Positions 39,288-49,978 of a stretch of DNA of 64,000 nucleotides are shown one piece after another (within the stretch, counting starts at the first letter, position 1; each line of letters begins with the position of its first letter). The DNA is from an uncultured Bacteroidaceae bacterium (GTDB taxonomy: Bacteria > Bacteroidota > Bacteroidia > Bacteroidales > SM23-62), in the NCBI GenBank assembly GCA_964406005.1, contig CAYOPZ010000013.1:886-64885 (forward strand), given 5' to 3'. The notes under the pieces are model-generated. The model did no database searches. It was not told where the DNA came from and saw nothing but the letters and a program-made list of their open reading frames with translations. The position numbers and the translations under genes were made by a program.

Positions 39288-41900
39288 ATGAAAAGGATAT
39301 TTAACGGCGGAGCAATAGCGATTGTTGTTATTGTCAGTTTATCACTTGTTCAATGTAAATCTTCCGGCGATCCGGGTACAACGGACCGTGACCGTTTGTT
39401 CAATACGGGATGGAAGTTCATGCGTGACAGCCTCAGCGGTGCAGAACAGCCGGAGTATGATGATTCCCAATGGATTACTGTAGATCTCCCTCACGACTGG
39501 AGCATTGCCGACCTGCCCGGAGAAGACGGTCCCGATCAGATCGGGCCGTTTTCCAAAGAAAGCCCGGGCGGCAGAAGGTCAACGGGTCATGTTATCGGTG
39601 GCACGGGCTGGTATCGCAAGCATTTTACCCTGGATAAAGAGGACGAGGGGAAAATCGCAGTATTGCGTTTTGATGGAGTTTATATGGAGGCGGAGGTATG
39701 GATTAACGGCAGTCAGGCCGGAGTACACAAGTATGGTTATACTCCTTTCTGGTTCGACATCACCTCATTGCTGAATCCTCCGGGAGAACCCAATGTGATC
39801 GCGGTAAAAGTCGATAATATCGGGCGTAATACCCGCTGGTATTCCGGTTCGGGAATATACAGGAATGTATATCTGACATTGACCCGGCCCCTGCATGTTG
39901 CCGTATGGGGCGTTTATGTAACGACCCCGGAAGTCAGCGAAGATTCTGCAGTGGTGGATGTTGCCGTTACAGTTCGGAACGACGGGAATTCACCTGCAAC
40001 GGCGGATCTTCGAATAAGAATATCGGATCCCGGAGGCAGGACCGTTGGCGAGGCCGAAACCAGTACCCTGCTTGATACCGAATACGATGAAACCGTCAAA
40101 GCCCGGATAACCGTCGAAAACCCGGATTTATGGTCCGTCGAATCTCCTGATATGTACCGGGTCGGGATCACCATGGAAACGAATGATGAAACAGTGGACG
40201 AATATACACAGCCTTTCGGTATCCGTTCGATCGATTTTTCCGCTGAAAAAGGATTTCTGCTTAACGGGAAACCTGTGGAACTCAGGGGAGGGAGCCTTCA
40301 TCATGACAATGGCCTGCTGGGTTCGGCCGCGATTGACAGAGCCGAGGAACGCCGTGTCGAGATCATGAAGGCAGGCGGTTATAACGCAATACGCTGCAGC
40401 CATAATCCTCCTTCCGAGGCATTTCTGGATGCCTGTGACAGGAACGGAATGCTTGTTATCGATGAGTTTTCGGATATATGGGAAGCGCCCAAGAACCCGC
40501 AGGATTATTCAAGGTTCTTTAAAACATGGTGGAAGAAAGATCAGACGGATATGGTTTTGCGTGACAGGAATCATCCTTGTATCATTATGTGGAGCATCGG
40601 CAATGAAATACTTGAAAAGAACGATACAAGCGGCTTGCGTATCGGAAAACAGCTGGCCGGTCGTTTCAGGGAACTGGATCCTGCCCGCCCGGTAACCGAG
40701 GCAGTGAATGATAACTGGCGGCGGCGCGGACTTGAATGGGATTCAACCGCTGCTGCATTCGCACTGCTGGATGTCGGGGGTTACAATTATGAATGGAAGT
40801 GGATGGAGTCAGACCATGAAAAGTACCCTGACCGTATTATGTACGGCTCGGAATCCTTTCCCCTGGAAGCATATGATTACTGGCAGCCGGTAGAGAAATA
40901 TCCCTATGTTATCGGGGATTTCGTCTGGACAGGGATGGATTATCTGGGAGAGGCAGCCATTGGAAGGTCAGGATATGTCTCCGCAGATCAGCAGAATAAT
41001 CGCAGAAGGGGCGGAGGCATGCCCCCATCGGGCGGAGCGCCTCAATTCGGCGGGATGCCTCCCTCAGGAGGAGCGCCTGCCCAGGCGCCCTCTTCCGGAG
41101 GTCCGGTTCCCGATATGGCTGCTGCGGGCCCCTTTGGATCCGGATCGGAATGGCCCGCCTGGTTTGGCGCATGGTGCGGGGATATAGACATTACAGGGCG
41201 GGAAAAGCCCCAGAAGCTTTACAGGGATGTATTGTGGGACATCAGCAAGCTGGAGATAAACGTGCATGCCCCCATACCCGAGGGGCAGACCGAAAGGGTA
41301 AGCATGTGGGGCTGGCCCGATGAATGGCCGAGCTGGACCTGGAAAGGGAATGAAGGCAAAGCCCTTCAGGTACGGGTTTTTACGAAAGGTGACCGGGTAA
41401 GGCTCGAGCTGAACGGCAATGTGGTTGGCGAAAGAACGCTTTCTGAGGGCGATGAATATATCGCGTCTTTTGAGGTCCCCTATGAACCCGGTGAGCTCAG
41501 GGCCGTTGCATTTGAAAAAGGCAGTGAAATAGCCACAAAGTCATTGAAAACAGCAGGTGATCCCGCAGGTATAAGGCTGGTTGCAGACAGGGATGTGATC
41601 AATGCAGACAGGAACGATCTTTCGTTTGTGACCATTGAGGCGATTGATGAGAACGGGCAGGTTGTCCCGGATGATTCCATCAGGATAAAACTCAGTTTAA
41701 CGGTCAACGGCGAGATTGCAGCCTCTGGAAATGCCAGCCCTTATGATATGGAGAGCGTCAACAAGCCGGTGATCAAAACATTCAAAGGAAGGGCCCAGGC
41801 AATCATTCGTCCGTATGAAACCCCGGGTAAAATATCCCTTAAGGCGGAAGCAGAAGGACTGGAGCCCGGGGAACTGGTGATTAAAAGCCGGTCCCGCTGA
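39288..41900 (+). CDS. Glycoside hydrolase family 2 (beta-galactosidase-like), lipoprotein
   Basis: LPHDWSI, RWYSGSGIYRNV, NAIRCSHNPP, RDRNHPCIIMWSIGNE (acid/base), YGSE and FVWTGMDYLGE. Confidence 0.93.
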   Translation: MKRIFNGGAIAIVVIVSLSLVQCKSSGDPGTTDRDRLFNTGWKFMRDSLSGAEQPEYDDSQWITVDLPHDWSIADLPGEDGPDQIGPFSKESPGGRRSTGHVIGGTGWYRKHFTLDKEDEGKIAVLRFDGVYMEAEVWINGSQAGVHKYGYTPFWFDITSLLNPPGEPNVIAVKVDNIGRNTRWYSGSGIYRNVYLTLTRPLHVAVWGVYVTTPEVSEDSAVVDVAVTVRNDGNSPATADLRIRISDPGGRTVGEAETSTLLDTEYDETVKARITVENPDLWSVESPDMYRVGITMETNDETVDEYTQPFGIRSIDFSAEKGFLLNGKPVELRGGSLHHDNGLLGSAAIDRAEERRVEIMKAGGYNAIRCSHNPPSEAFLDACDRNGMLVIDEFSDIWEAPKNPQDYSRFFKTWWKKDQTDMVLRDRNHPCIIMWSIGNEILEKNDTSGLRIGKQLAGRFRELDPARPVTEAVNDNWRRRGLEWDSTAAAFALLDVGGYNYEWKWMESDHEKYPDRIMYGSESFPLEAYDYWQPVEKYPYVIGDFVWTGMDYLGEAAIGRSGYVSADQQNNRRRGGGMPPSGGAPQFGGMPPSGGAPAQAPSSGGPVPDMAAAGPFGSGSEWPAWFGAWCGDIDITGREKPQKLYRDVLWDISKLEINVHAPIPEGQTERVSMWGWPDEWPSWTWKGNEGKALQVRVFTKGDRVRLELNGNVVGERTLSEGDEYIASFEVPYEPGELRAVAFEKGSEIATKSLKTAGDPAGIRLVADRDVINADRNDLSFVTIEAIDENGQVVPDDSIRIKLSLTVNGEIAASGNASPYDMESVNKPVIKTFKGRAQAIIRPYETPGKISLKAEAEGLEPGELVIKSRSR

Positions 41901-42094
41901 CCAGCCGTCGTGTCTGCATGCGGAAAGCAGCAGGGTTAAGCAATTGATATGTCAACAACCGGATTCTCTAGTCGTAGATGCAGGTCATCTCACAGCAAAA
42001 ACTCAGCCTGTCATGTGGGGACTTATTTTCGAAGGCATCAATTTTACAGCAGACGGTCTGGATAAACCAGGTGGATATCCGTCATCGAACACCT

Positions 42095-42119
42095 ACTTAG
42101 TGTAAAAATTACATAAAGT
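42095..42119. promoter_or_regulatory. NrtR/XylR-type operator 1: ACTTAGTGT-AAAAATT-ACATAAAGT
   Basis: Imperfect palindrome with the GT-N7-AC core typical of NrtR-family sites, upstream of the NrtR-family gene. Confidence 0.75.
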
Positions 42120-42182
42120 GCAAGCCTGTAAAGATTTCATTTAATATTTGCATATTCTATAGATCAGAATTATTTACAAATT

Positions 42183-42207
42183 ACTTAGTGTAAAAAATAC
42201 GTTAAGT
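42183..42207. promoter_or_regulatory. NrtR/XylR-type operator 2: ACTTAGTGT-AAAAAAT-ACGTTAAGT, overlapping the -7 element TAAGTTTG (42203-42210)
   Basis: Near-copy of operator 1, 88 bp downstream, with a GT-N7-AC core. Confidence 0.78.
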
Positions 42208-42254
42208 TTGTCATTGGATGCAATTCTTGATATTTTAGGGATGTAGCTGATCTC

Positions 42255-42977
42255 ATGACCAAGCTGAATCCCCATATTTCGGTTGACTGTGTTATCCTGG
42301 GCTTTGACTCCAGAAAACTCAAGGTGTTGTTAATTGAAAGGGAATATGTCAACGGCATCTCATCCAACGGCCATAAGCTCAAACTTCCCGGCAGCCTGAT
42401 TTATGAAATGGAAGATCTTGACAGCTCGGCCAACCGTACACTAACCGAGCTGACAGGCCTGCACGATATTTTCATGAAACAATTTGCGGTATTCGGTCGT
42501 CCTGCCCGGCTCTCGCCCCCTGAAGATCTCGCCTGGCTGAGAAAAACCACGGGGAATTATGAAATAGACAGGGTGGTGACCGTAGCTTACTATTCACTGA
42601 TCAAACTGACGGAAAGCAACCGGACCGCCAGAACGATCTGGTGCCCGGTCGAAGACCTGCCGGAACTGATATTTGACCATAACCTGATTGTCAGACAGGC
42701 ATTGAAAATACTCCGTAATGAAGTACGGTCGGAACCTTTGTGTTTTGAACTGCTGCCCAAGAAATTTACCATTCGCCAGATGCAGGACGTATATGAAGCC
42801 ATCCTTGGGGAGTCGTTTGACAACAGGAATTTCAGGAAGAAAATAAAGCCGCTCAGGTTTTTAATCCCCCTTGCGGAGAAAGAAAGGGGTGTCAGGCACA
42901 AGCCTGCACAATTGTACAGATTTGACCGGAAACTGTATATAAGATACAAGAAAAGCAATAACGGATTTATACTTTAG
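42255..42977 (+). CDS. xylR: NrtR-family Nudix/wHTH transcriptional repressor of xylose utilisation
   Basis: SVDCVILGF, L.LPG, R.VTVAYYSL, L.FDH and FELLP.KFT..Q...YE.I....D.RNFRKK motifs; first gene of xylBAE. Confidence 0.85.
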   Translation: MTKLNPHISVDCVILGFDSRKLKVLLIEREYVNGISSNGHKLKLPGSLIYEMEDLDSSANRTLTELTGLHDIFMKQFAVFGRPARLSPPEDLAWLRKTTGNYEIDRVVTVAYYSLIKLTESNRTARTIWCPVEDLPELIFDHNLIVRQALKILRNEVRSEPLCFELLPKKFTIRQMQDVYEAILGESFDNRNFRKKIKPLRFLIPLAEKERGVRHKPAQLYRFDRKLYIRYKKSNNGFIL

Positions 42978-43004
42978 GGGCTTCCGGGCCGCAAAATTGA
43001 AACC

Positions 43005-44504
43005 ATGTACCTGCTGGGATACGATATTGGAAGTTCTTCGGTAAAAGCGAGCCTGATCAGGGGGGACGACGGGAAATGCATGGCCCTTATATCTTCCCCG
43101 GAAACGGAGATGGCCATTTCAGCCAGGCACCCGGGATGGGCGGAACAGGAACCGGAGATGTGGTGGCAGAACCTGAAAAATGCAACCCGGGGCATACTCA
43201 AAAAAACAGGCATCAAAAACACGGATATCAAAGCCATCGGGATATCCTACCAGATGCACGGCCTGGTGCTGGTTGACAAAAAACTGGATGTATTGAGGCC
43301 TTCCATCATCTGGTGCGACAGCCGTGCTGCTGAAATCGGCACAAAAGCTTTTCATGAAATAGGAGAACAGCGCTGTCTTTCAACAATGCTGAATTCTCCG
43401 GGCAATTTTACCGCATCGAAATTAAAATGGGTAAAAGAGAATGAACCTGAGGTCTATGAAAGAGTCTACAAAATGATGCTGCCGGGGGATTATATTGCCA
43501 TGAGGTTCAGCGGTGAAATTAAGACAACTGCAAGCGGATTGTCCGAAGGTATCATGTGGGATTTTAAAGAAAACGGACTTGCCGGATTCCTTCTTGATTA
43601 CTACGGGATCGATGAAGACATTGTTCCTGAGATGGTTCCGGCATTTTCAATCCAGGCCGGGGTAAGCAGTATGGCTGCAGAAGAAACAGGACTTGCGGCA
43701 GGAACACAAATCACCTATCGCGCAGGCGATCAGCCCAACAATGCATTTTCACTGAATGTGCTTGCGCCGGGAGAAATAGCGGCTACGGCAGGCACGTCCG
43801 GGGTGGTATACGGGGTAAGCGATACGGTAAAATATGATCCCGGATCCAGGGTAAACACCTTCCTGCATGTCAACCACAGGCCGGATGAACTGACCCGCCT
43901 GGGGGTGCTGTTATGCATCAACGGAACGGGGATACTGAATTTCTGGTTAAGGAGGCTTATGTCCGGTAACCTGAGCTATGATGATATGAATGAAATGGCC
44001 TCAATGGCACCCGCCGGGTCGGACGGTTTAAGGATCATGCCCTTCGGGAATGGTGCCGAGCGTATGCTGGGGAATAAGAATACAGGAGGCATATTTTCAA
44101 ACCTGAATTTCAATATTCACAATCAGGGGCATGTAATCAGGGCAGCCCAGGAAGGGATTGCCTTTTCATTTAAATACGGTATGGATATCATGGCTGAAAC
44201 GGGAATAAATCCGTCCGTTATCCGGGCAGGCCATTCGAATATGTTTCTGAGCCCGGTATTCAGGAAAGCCCTTGCCACGGTTACGGGCTCCCTTATTGAG
44301 TTGTATGATACGGATGGATCCGCAGGGGCTGCACGCGGTGCAGGGTTAGGCGCGGGGCATTATCAATCCTTTGATGACGCATTTTTATCCCTTGAAAAGC
44401 TCGGTATTGAAGAACCCGGGTCCTCTGAAAGGGAGATCTATGAAGATCTGTACCGGGGCTGGAAGCTGGAATTGGATAAAATGCTGAAGATAAACAGTTC
44501 TTAA
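43005..44504 (+). CDS. xylB: Xylulokinase (FGGY family)
   Basis: LGYDIGSSSVK, GISYQMHG, IIWCDSR, GDQPNNA and TAGTSG motifs; adjacent to xylA. Confidence 0.93.
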   Translation: MYLLGYDIGSSSVKASLIRGDDGKCMALISSPETEMAISARHPGWAEQEPEMWWQNLKNATRGILKKTGIKNTDIKAIGISYQMHGLVLVDKKLDVLRPSIIWCDSRAAEIGTKAFHEIGEQRCLSTMLNSPGNFTASKLKWVKENEPEVYERVYKMMLPGDYIAMRFSGEIKTTASGLSEGIMWDFKENGLAGFLLDYYGIDEDIVPEMVPAFSIQAGVSSMAAEETGLAAGTQITYRAGDQPNNAFSLNVLAPGEIAATAGTSGVVYGVSDTVKYDPGSRVNTFLHVNHRPDELTRLGVLLCINGTGILNFWLRRLMSGNLSYDDMNEMASMAPAGSDGLRIMPFGNGAERMLGNKNTGGIFSNLNFNIHNQGHVIRAAQEGIAFSFKYGMDIMAETGINPSVIRAGHSNMFLSPVFRKALATVTGSLIELYDTDGSAGAARGAGLGAGHYQSFDDAFLSLEKLGIEEPGSSEREIYEDLYRGWKLELDKMLKINSS

Positions 44505-44527
44505 TCGTATAACCAATAATAATAACA

Positions 44528-45853
44528 ATGGATGTATTGATAGGTAACAAAGAATTTTTTCCGGGGATAAAAAAAGTCAGGTATGAAGGACCCGGATCGA
44601 GAAACCCGCTTGCATTTAAATGGTATGATGAAGACAGGGTCGTTGCCGGAAAAACAATGAAAGAACATTTGCGGTTTGCTGTGGCCTACTGGCATACTTT
44701 CTGTGCAGACGGCAGCGATACTTTCGGCGTTGCAACAAAGCAATATCCATGGGACGTATCCTCCGATACAATGGATGCCAACAGGGAAAGGATGGATGCC
44801 GCCTTTGAATTCATTACGAAAATGGGAATTCCTTTTTACTGTTTTCATGATACGGATATGGCGGGTGACGGGTCTGTTTTTGAAATCGGGAAAAGGCTGG
44901 AAAAAATGGTCGGTTTTGCCCTTGAAAAGCAGAAAGCGTCCGGAGTCCGTTTATTGTGGGGAACAGCCAATGTGTTTTCAAATAAACGTTATATGAACGG
45001 GGCTGCGACAAATCCCGATTTCAATGTGCTTGCAAATGTTGCCGTGCAGATCAGGAATGCCATTGATGCGACCATTGCACTTGGCGGGACCAACTATGTT
45101 TTCTGGGGAGGCCGTGAAGGTTATATGAGCCTGCACAATACCGATACGAAACGTGAACTGGAACACATGGGAAGATTCCTGGGAATGGCCCGGGATTACG
45201 GACGCAAACAAGGATTTAAGGGAACCTTCCTTATAGAGCCAAAACCCATGGAACCCACCAAGCACCAGTATGATTATGATACGGCAACCGTTATTGCTTT
45301 CCTGAAAGCGCATGGCCTGGACAAGGATTTTAAGGTGAATATAGAAGTCAACCATGCCACCCTGGCAGGACATACATTTGCACATGAGTTGCGTATGGCT
45401 GCCGATGCCGGTCTTCTGGGTTCCATTGATGCCAACAAGGGGGATTATCAGAACGGCTGGGATACGGATGAATTCCCGACGAATGTTTATGAAGTCACTG
45501 AAGCAATGCTGGAGATATTACAGGCGGGGGGTTTTACAAACGGAGGGATAAATTTTGATGCAAAAACCCGCAGGAATTCAACCGATCCGGAAGATCTTTT
45601 TATCTCGCACGTAACCGGTATGGATGTTTTTGCACGTGCCCTGACCATTGCCGACAAAATGCTTGGTGAATCGAATTACCTGAAGTTAAGGGCTGAACGC
45701 TATGCCTCTTTCGATCAGGGAAAGGGTTCGGAATTCGAAGCGGGAAAACTTACGCTTGAAAACCTGTATACCATCGCCGGAGAGGTCGGAGAACCTGTTC
45801 AGATCAGCGGGAAACAGGAATTACTGGAGCAAATGATTAACTGGTATATCTGA
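44528..45853 (+). CDS. xylA: Xylose isomerase (class II)
   Basis: [46 protein letters not shown] and GWDTDEF. Confidence 0.97.
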   Translation: MDVLIGNKEFFPGIKKVRYEGPGSRNPLAFKWYDEDRVVAGKTMKEHLRFAVAYWHTFCADGSDTFGVATKQYPWDVSSDTMDANRERMDAAFEFITKMGIPFYCFHDTDMAGDGSVFEIGKRLEKMVGFALEKQKASGVRLLWGTANVFSNKRYMNGAATNPDFNVLANVAVQIRNAIDATIALGGTNYVFWGGREGYMSLHNTDTKRELEHMGRFLGMARDYGRKQGFKGTFLIEPKPMEPTKHQYDYDTATVIAFLKAHGLDKDFKVNIEVNHATLAGHTFAHELRMAADAGLLGSIDANKGDYQNGWDTDEFPTNVYEVTEAMLEILQAGGFTNGGINFDAKTRRNSTDPEDLFISHVTGMDVFARALTIADKMLGESNYLKLRAERYASFDQGKGSEFEAGKLTLENLYTIAGEVGEPVQISGKQELLEQMINWYI

Positions 45854-45863
45854 TCCGGCAGGG

Positions 45864-47246
45864 ATGAAAGGGAGAAATACATTATACATTACGGCCATCA
45901 CCCTGGTGGCGACATTGGGGGGACTCCTGTTCGGATATGATACGGCGGTAATTTCAGGCGCTGAAAAATCCGTTCAGGCTTACCTTATCAATAGTCTCGG
46001 TTTGAACTCTCTGGTTCATGGTGCCACCATATCGAGTGCGCTGATCGGATGTATCATAGGAGGAAGCTTTTCCGGGCTGATTGCCTCAAGGATAGGCCGC
46101 AGGAAAGCACTTTTTCTGGCAGCTTCTTTATTTTTTGTTTCAGCGCTCGGATCCGGTAATCCTGAATTCCTGTTTTTTACCAAAGGCGAACCCACAATGG
46201 GCTTGTTGTACATGTTTAATTTTTACAGGATCATCGGCGGTGTAGGGGTTGGCCTGGCTTCTGCCGTCTGCCCGATGTATATCGGTGAAATAGCTCCTGC
46301 CGATATTCGCGGAAGACTGGTTTCATATAACCAGTTTGCCATCATCTTCGGAATGCTGGTGGTTTATTTTGTCAACTGGGGAATTGCAAACGGCCAGACA
46401 CTGGAATGGATTAACGATATCGGCTGGAGACGTATGTTTGTTTCGGAGGCCATCCCTGCAGGGCTGTTTGGCCTGTTGCTCTTTTTGGTTCCGGAAACCC
46501 CCCGTTATCTTGCCCTTAGCGGAAAGGATGACAAAGCGCTGGGGATCCTCACCAGGATCAACGGAGCGGAAGGAGCCGGGAAGATATTACAGGAGATAAA
46601 AGTAACGGTTGAAAAGTCTTCTGCCCGCTTATTTGCTTATGGAAGGATTGTGATCATCATAGGTATTTTACTGTCCGTATTTCAGCAGTTTGTCGGGATC
46701 AACGTGGCCCTTTATTATGCACCGCGTATTTTTGAAAGCATGGGCGCCGAGAAGGACGCCTCCCTGTTGCAGACTGTTGTCATGGGAGTAGTAAATGTAA
46801 TTTTTACGGTTGTCGCCATCCTTACGGTTGATAAATGGGGAAGGAGGCCCCTGTTGATGACGGGTTCTGTGGGCATGGCTGTCGGGATGTTTGCCATCGG
46901 TGCACTGGCATTCCTGAATGTCATCGGGATCGCAACCCTGGTGTTTATCATTATTTACACAGCCTCCTTCATGATGTCATGGGGGCCGATTTGCTGGGTA
47001 CTTATTTCAGAGATCTTCCCGAATAAGATAAGGGGCAGGGCAGTGGCGATCGCTGTTGCGGCTCAGTGGGCGGCCAATTATCTGATATCTTCCACATATC
47101 CTGCCATGATGGAATTGAGCAGCGGGGGAACTTACTGGTTTTATGGGTTCATGAGCGTACTTTCTTTCGTTTTTGTCTGGAGGATGGTTCCTGAAACCAA
47201 GAACAAAACGCTGGAGGAAATGGAAAATCTGTGGACCGGGCATTGA
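45864..47246 (+). CDS. xylE: D-xylose:H+ symporter (MFS sugar porter)
   Basis: GGLLFGYDTAVISG, PETPRYL, QQFVGINVALYY, SWGPICWVLISEIFPN and PETK.KTLEE. Confidence 0.94.
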   Translation: MKGRNTLYITAITLVATLGGLLFGYDTAVISGAEKSVQAYLINSLGLNSLVHGATISSALIGCIIGGSFSGLIASRIGRRKALFLAASLFFVSALGSGNPEFLFFTKGEPTMGLLYMFNFYRIIGGVGVGLASAVCPMYIGEIAPADIRGRLVSYNQFAIIFGMLVVYFVNWGIANGQTLEWINDIGWRRMFVSEAIPAGLFGLLLFLVPETPRYLALSGKDDKALGILTRINGAEGAGKILQEIKVTVEKSSARLFAYGRIVIIIGILLSVFQQFVGINVALYYAPRIFESMGAEKDASLLQTVVMGVVNVIFTVVAILTVDKWGRRPLLMTGSVGMAVGMFAIGALAFLNVIGIATLVFIIIYTASFMMSWGPICWVLISEIFPNKIRGRAVAIAVAAQWAANYLISSTYPAMMELSSGGTYWFYGFMSVLSFVFVWRMVPETKNKTLEEMENLWTGH

Positions 47247-47312
47247 ATTCTGCGAGAGCATTGACGGCATCGCGCTCTGCAAATATAATTTGAACAACTT
47301 ATAAAAAAGACC

Positions 47313-48803
47313 ATGAAAACAACAAGATTATTAGTATTTATCGCACTGGTTGCCTTTCCCGGCATCCGGCTGTTTTCACAGGATGGCACTTCCGTTGAAT
47401 GGATAAGCACTGTCGACGGAAACCCATGGGTGAAGCATACCGTTGGGGTTGAAGGGAACCGGGAATTTCCGGAACCTGTCATCATTGATCCGGAAAAAAC
47501 CGTACAGACCATCGACGGCTTCGGAGGATGCTTTAACGAACTGGGATGGGAGGCGCTGAATTCCGTTTCCCATGCTGAAAAAAACGACATCCTCCAGAAC
47601 CTTTTTAATCCTGTATCGGGCTGTAAATTCAATATCTGCCGTATGCCTCTGGGCGCAAACGATTATGCTGTGGACTGGTACAGTTTCGATGAAACGGCAG
47701 GGGATTATGACATGGAGCATTTTTCGATTGCCCGCGACAGGTTGCGCCTGATACCCTATATCAAGGCTGCAAAGCAGATCAGGCCGGACCTGCAGGTATG
47801 GGCCTCACCGTGGAGTCCTCCCTCCTGGATGAAAACGAATAACTATTATGCATGCCGCACTCCTGAAGAATCGCAGAGAATGATGGAAATGATGAATCAA
47901 ATGAGGGAGAGGCCGCCCGCGGGCGAAAGGCCGGAAGGTGAGATGCCTGCAATGCCCCGGGTACAGGGAAATGCAACGGAAAACATGTTTGTCATGGATG
48001 ACCGGACATTGTCGGCCTACGGATTGTATTTTTCCAGGTTTATTCAGGAGTACAAAAAGGAAGGAATTGATATATATGCGGTACATGTTCAGAACGAACC
48101 GAATTCATGTCAGAATTTCCCATCCTGTTTATGGACTCCCGAAGGACTCAATACCCTTGTCAAATACGTCGGGAAACAATTTGAAAAGGACGGTCTGGAA
48201 ACAGAAATCTGGCTGGGAACCATTGAACGTGCACTGCCTGAAAGTGTGGACCCCGTACTCGGAGACCCGGAAGCTTCAAAATACATCACGGGAGTAGGGT
48301 TTCAATGGGCCGGTAAAGGCGTTATAGCCCATGTCAATGAAACCTATCATGAACTGAAACTTATGCAGACAGAAACAGAATGCGGCAATGGTTCCAATGA
48401 TTGGGCAGCCATGGAACATACGTTTTCTTTGCTGAAGCATTATTTTGAGAACGGGGCCAATTCATACATGTACTGGAACATGATCCTTGACCATACGGGG
48501 AAAAGCAGCTGGGGATGGACACAAAATTCAATGATAACGATCACGGAAGATCTGCAGGTCGAATACAATCCTGAATTTTATCTGATGAAACATTTCAGCC
48601 ATTTCATCGAGCCTTCTGCCAGATTTATCGATGTTGCCGGTGATGAAAACTGCCTTGCGTTCCTGAATCCTGACAATGAAGTGATCGTTATTTATTACAA
48701 TGAAAAAGAAGAGCCGGTTTCAAAAACTTTCGAAGTAAGCGGCTCAAAGATCAATGTTGAACTTCAGGCAAAATCGCTGCATACTTTTATGGTGAAGATT
48801 TAG
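47313..48803 (+). CDS. Glycoside hydrolase family 30 (beta-xylosidase/glucosylceramidase-like)
   Basis: GFGGCFNELGW, ASPWSPPSWMK, VQNEP (acid/base), QTETECG (nucleophile) and YMYWNM. Confidence 0.9.
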   Translation: MKTTRLLVFIALVAFPGIRLFSQDGTSVEWISTVDGNPWVKHTVGVEGNREFPEPVIIDPEKTVQTIDGFGGCFNELGWEALNSVSHAEKNDILQNLFNPVSGCKFNICRMPLGANDYAVDWYSFDETAGDYDMEHFSIARDRLRLIPYIKAAKQIRPDLQVWASPWSPPSWMKTNNYYACRTPEESQRMMEMMNQMRERPPAGERPEGEMPAMPRVQGNATENMFVMDDRTLSAYGLYFSRFIQEYKKEGIDIYAVHVQNEPNSCQNFPSCLWTPEGLNTLVKYVGKQFEKDGLETEIWLGTIERALPESVDPVLGDPEASKYITGVGFQWAGKGVIAHVNETYHELKLMQTETECGNGSNDWAAMEHTFSLLKHYFENGANSYMYWNMILDHTGKSSWGWTQNSMITITEDLQVEYNPEFYLMKHFSHFIEPSARFIDVAGDENCLAFLNPDNEVIVIYYNEKEEPVSKTFEVSGSKINVELQAKSLHTFMVKI

Positions 48804-48844
48804 AAGAAGGGAATCACGGCCCGGATTTTTCCTGCCGATGGCAT

Positions 48845-49888
48845 ATGAAAGTCAAAGAACAATCTTTCGGGAAGCTGAAGAACGGGGAAGAAGCATCTCT
48901 GTTTATTCTGACGGACAATACCATTACCGTAAAAATAACCAATTACGGGGGGATCATAACAGCCATTGAAACCCCCGACAAAGACGGGAAGCCTGGAAAT
49001 ATCGCGCTGGGTTTCGATACACTGGACAGGTACATTGATGATTACTATCTTAAGAACAATCCGTATTTCGGTTGCCTGATCGGCCGCTACGGAAACCGGA
49101 TTGCCAACGGAAAATTCTCTTTACAGGGGAAATCATATACATTGGTCTGCAATAACGAAAAGAACCATCTGCATGGCGGGAATACCGGATTCGACAGGAA
49201 GCTGTGGTCGGCGGATCGTATAGAAAGCCATAAGGGAGCAGGAGTTGAGCTTTCCTATACCAGTCCTCACCTGGAGGAAGGATATCCCGGGAATCTTGCA
49301 GTAACGGTAACATATATCCTTAATGAACGGAACGAATTATTGATCCGGTATGCTGCCGTTACGGATCAGACAACGGTTCTGAACCTGACAAATCACACCT
49401 ATTTCAATTTAAAGGGGAACAAAGGGGATATACTGGACCATCATCTGACCGTCCGTGCGGAAATGTATACAAAAGCGGAGGCGCTGATCCCGACAGGCGA
49501 AATCGCATCCGTGGAAAATACACCTTTCGACTTCAGAAGGTCGAAAAAGATCGGAAAAGACATCGCACGCCTGCCCGGGGGGTATGACCTGAATTTTGTG
49601 CTGGACCCGCAGAAAACAACGCTTCCCGTGGTTGCTGAGCTTCGCGAGGATTCAAGCGGGAGGAAAGTGGAGCTTTATACGACGCAGCCGGGACTGCAAT
49701 TATATACGGGTTATCATATTCCTGAATTTACAATCGGCGGGAAAAAAGTATATGGAAGATATTCCGGAGTGGCGCTGGAAGCACAGCATTTCCCCGATTC
49801 ACCGAATCATCCCGGGTTTCCCCCGGTCATTCTTCACCCGGGGGAAACATATGAGCACAGCACGATCTATAAATTCGGGACTGTATAG
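48845..49888 (+). CDS. galM: Aldose 1-epimerase (mutarotase)
   Basis: GRYGNRI, NHLHGG, EGYPGNL, NLTNHTYFNL and LEAQHFPDSPN. Confidence 0.95.
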   Translation: MKVKEQSFGKLKNGEEASLFILTDNTITVKITNYGGIITAIETPDKDGKPGNIALGFDTLDRYIDDYYLKNNPYFGCLIGRYGNRIANGKFSLQGKSYTLVCNNEKNHLHGGNTGFDRKLWSADRIESHKGAGVELSYTSPHLEEGYPGNLAVTVTYILNERNELLIRYAAVTDQTTVLNLTNHTYFNLKGNKGDILDHHLTVRAEMYTKAEALIPTGEIASVENTPFDFRRSKKIGKDIARLPGGYDLNFVLDPQKTTLPVVAELREDSSGRKVELYTTQPGLQLYTGYHIPEFTIGGKKVYGRYSGVALEAQHFPDSPNHPGFPPVILHPGETYEHSTIYKFGTV

Positions 49889-49978
49889 CTAACACCCCGG
49901 TTCAACCCGGGCCGTACACAAACTGTACACGAATATTTGTAATATTGTTTTAATAAAACCTGAACCAATCAATAAAAC

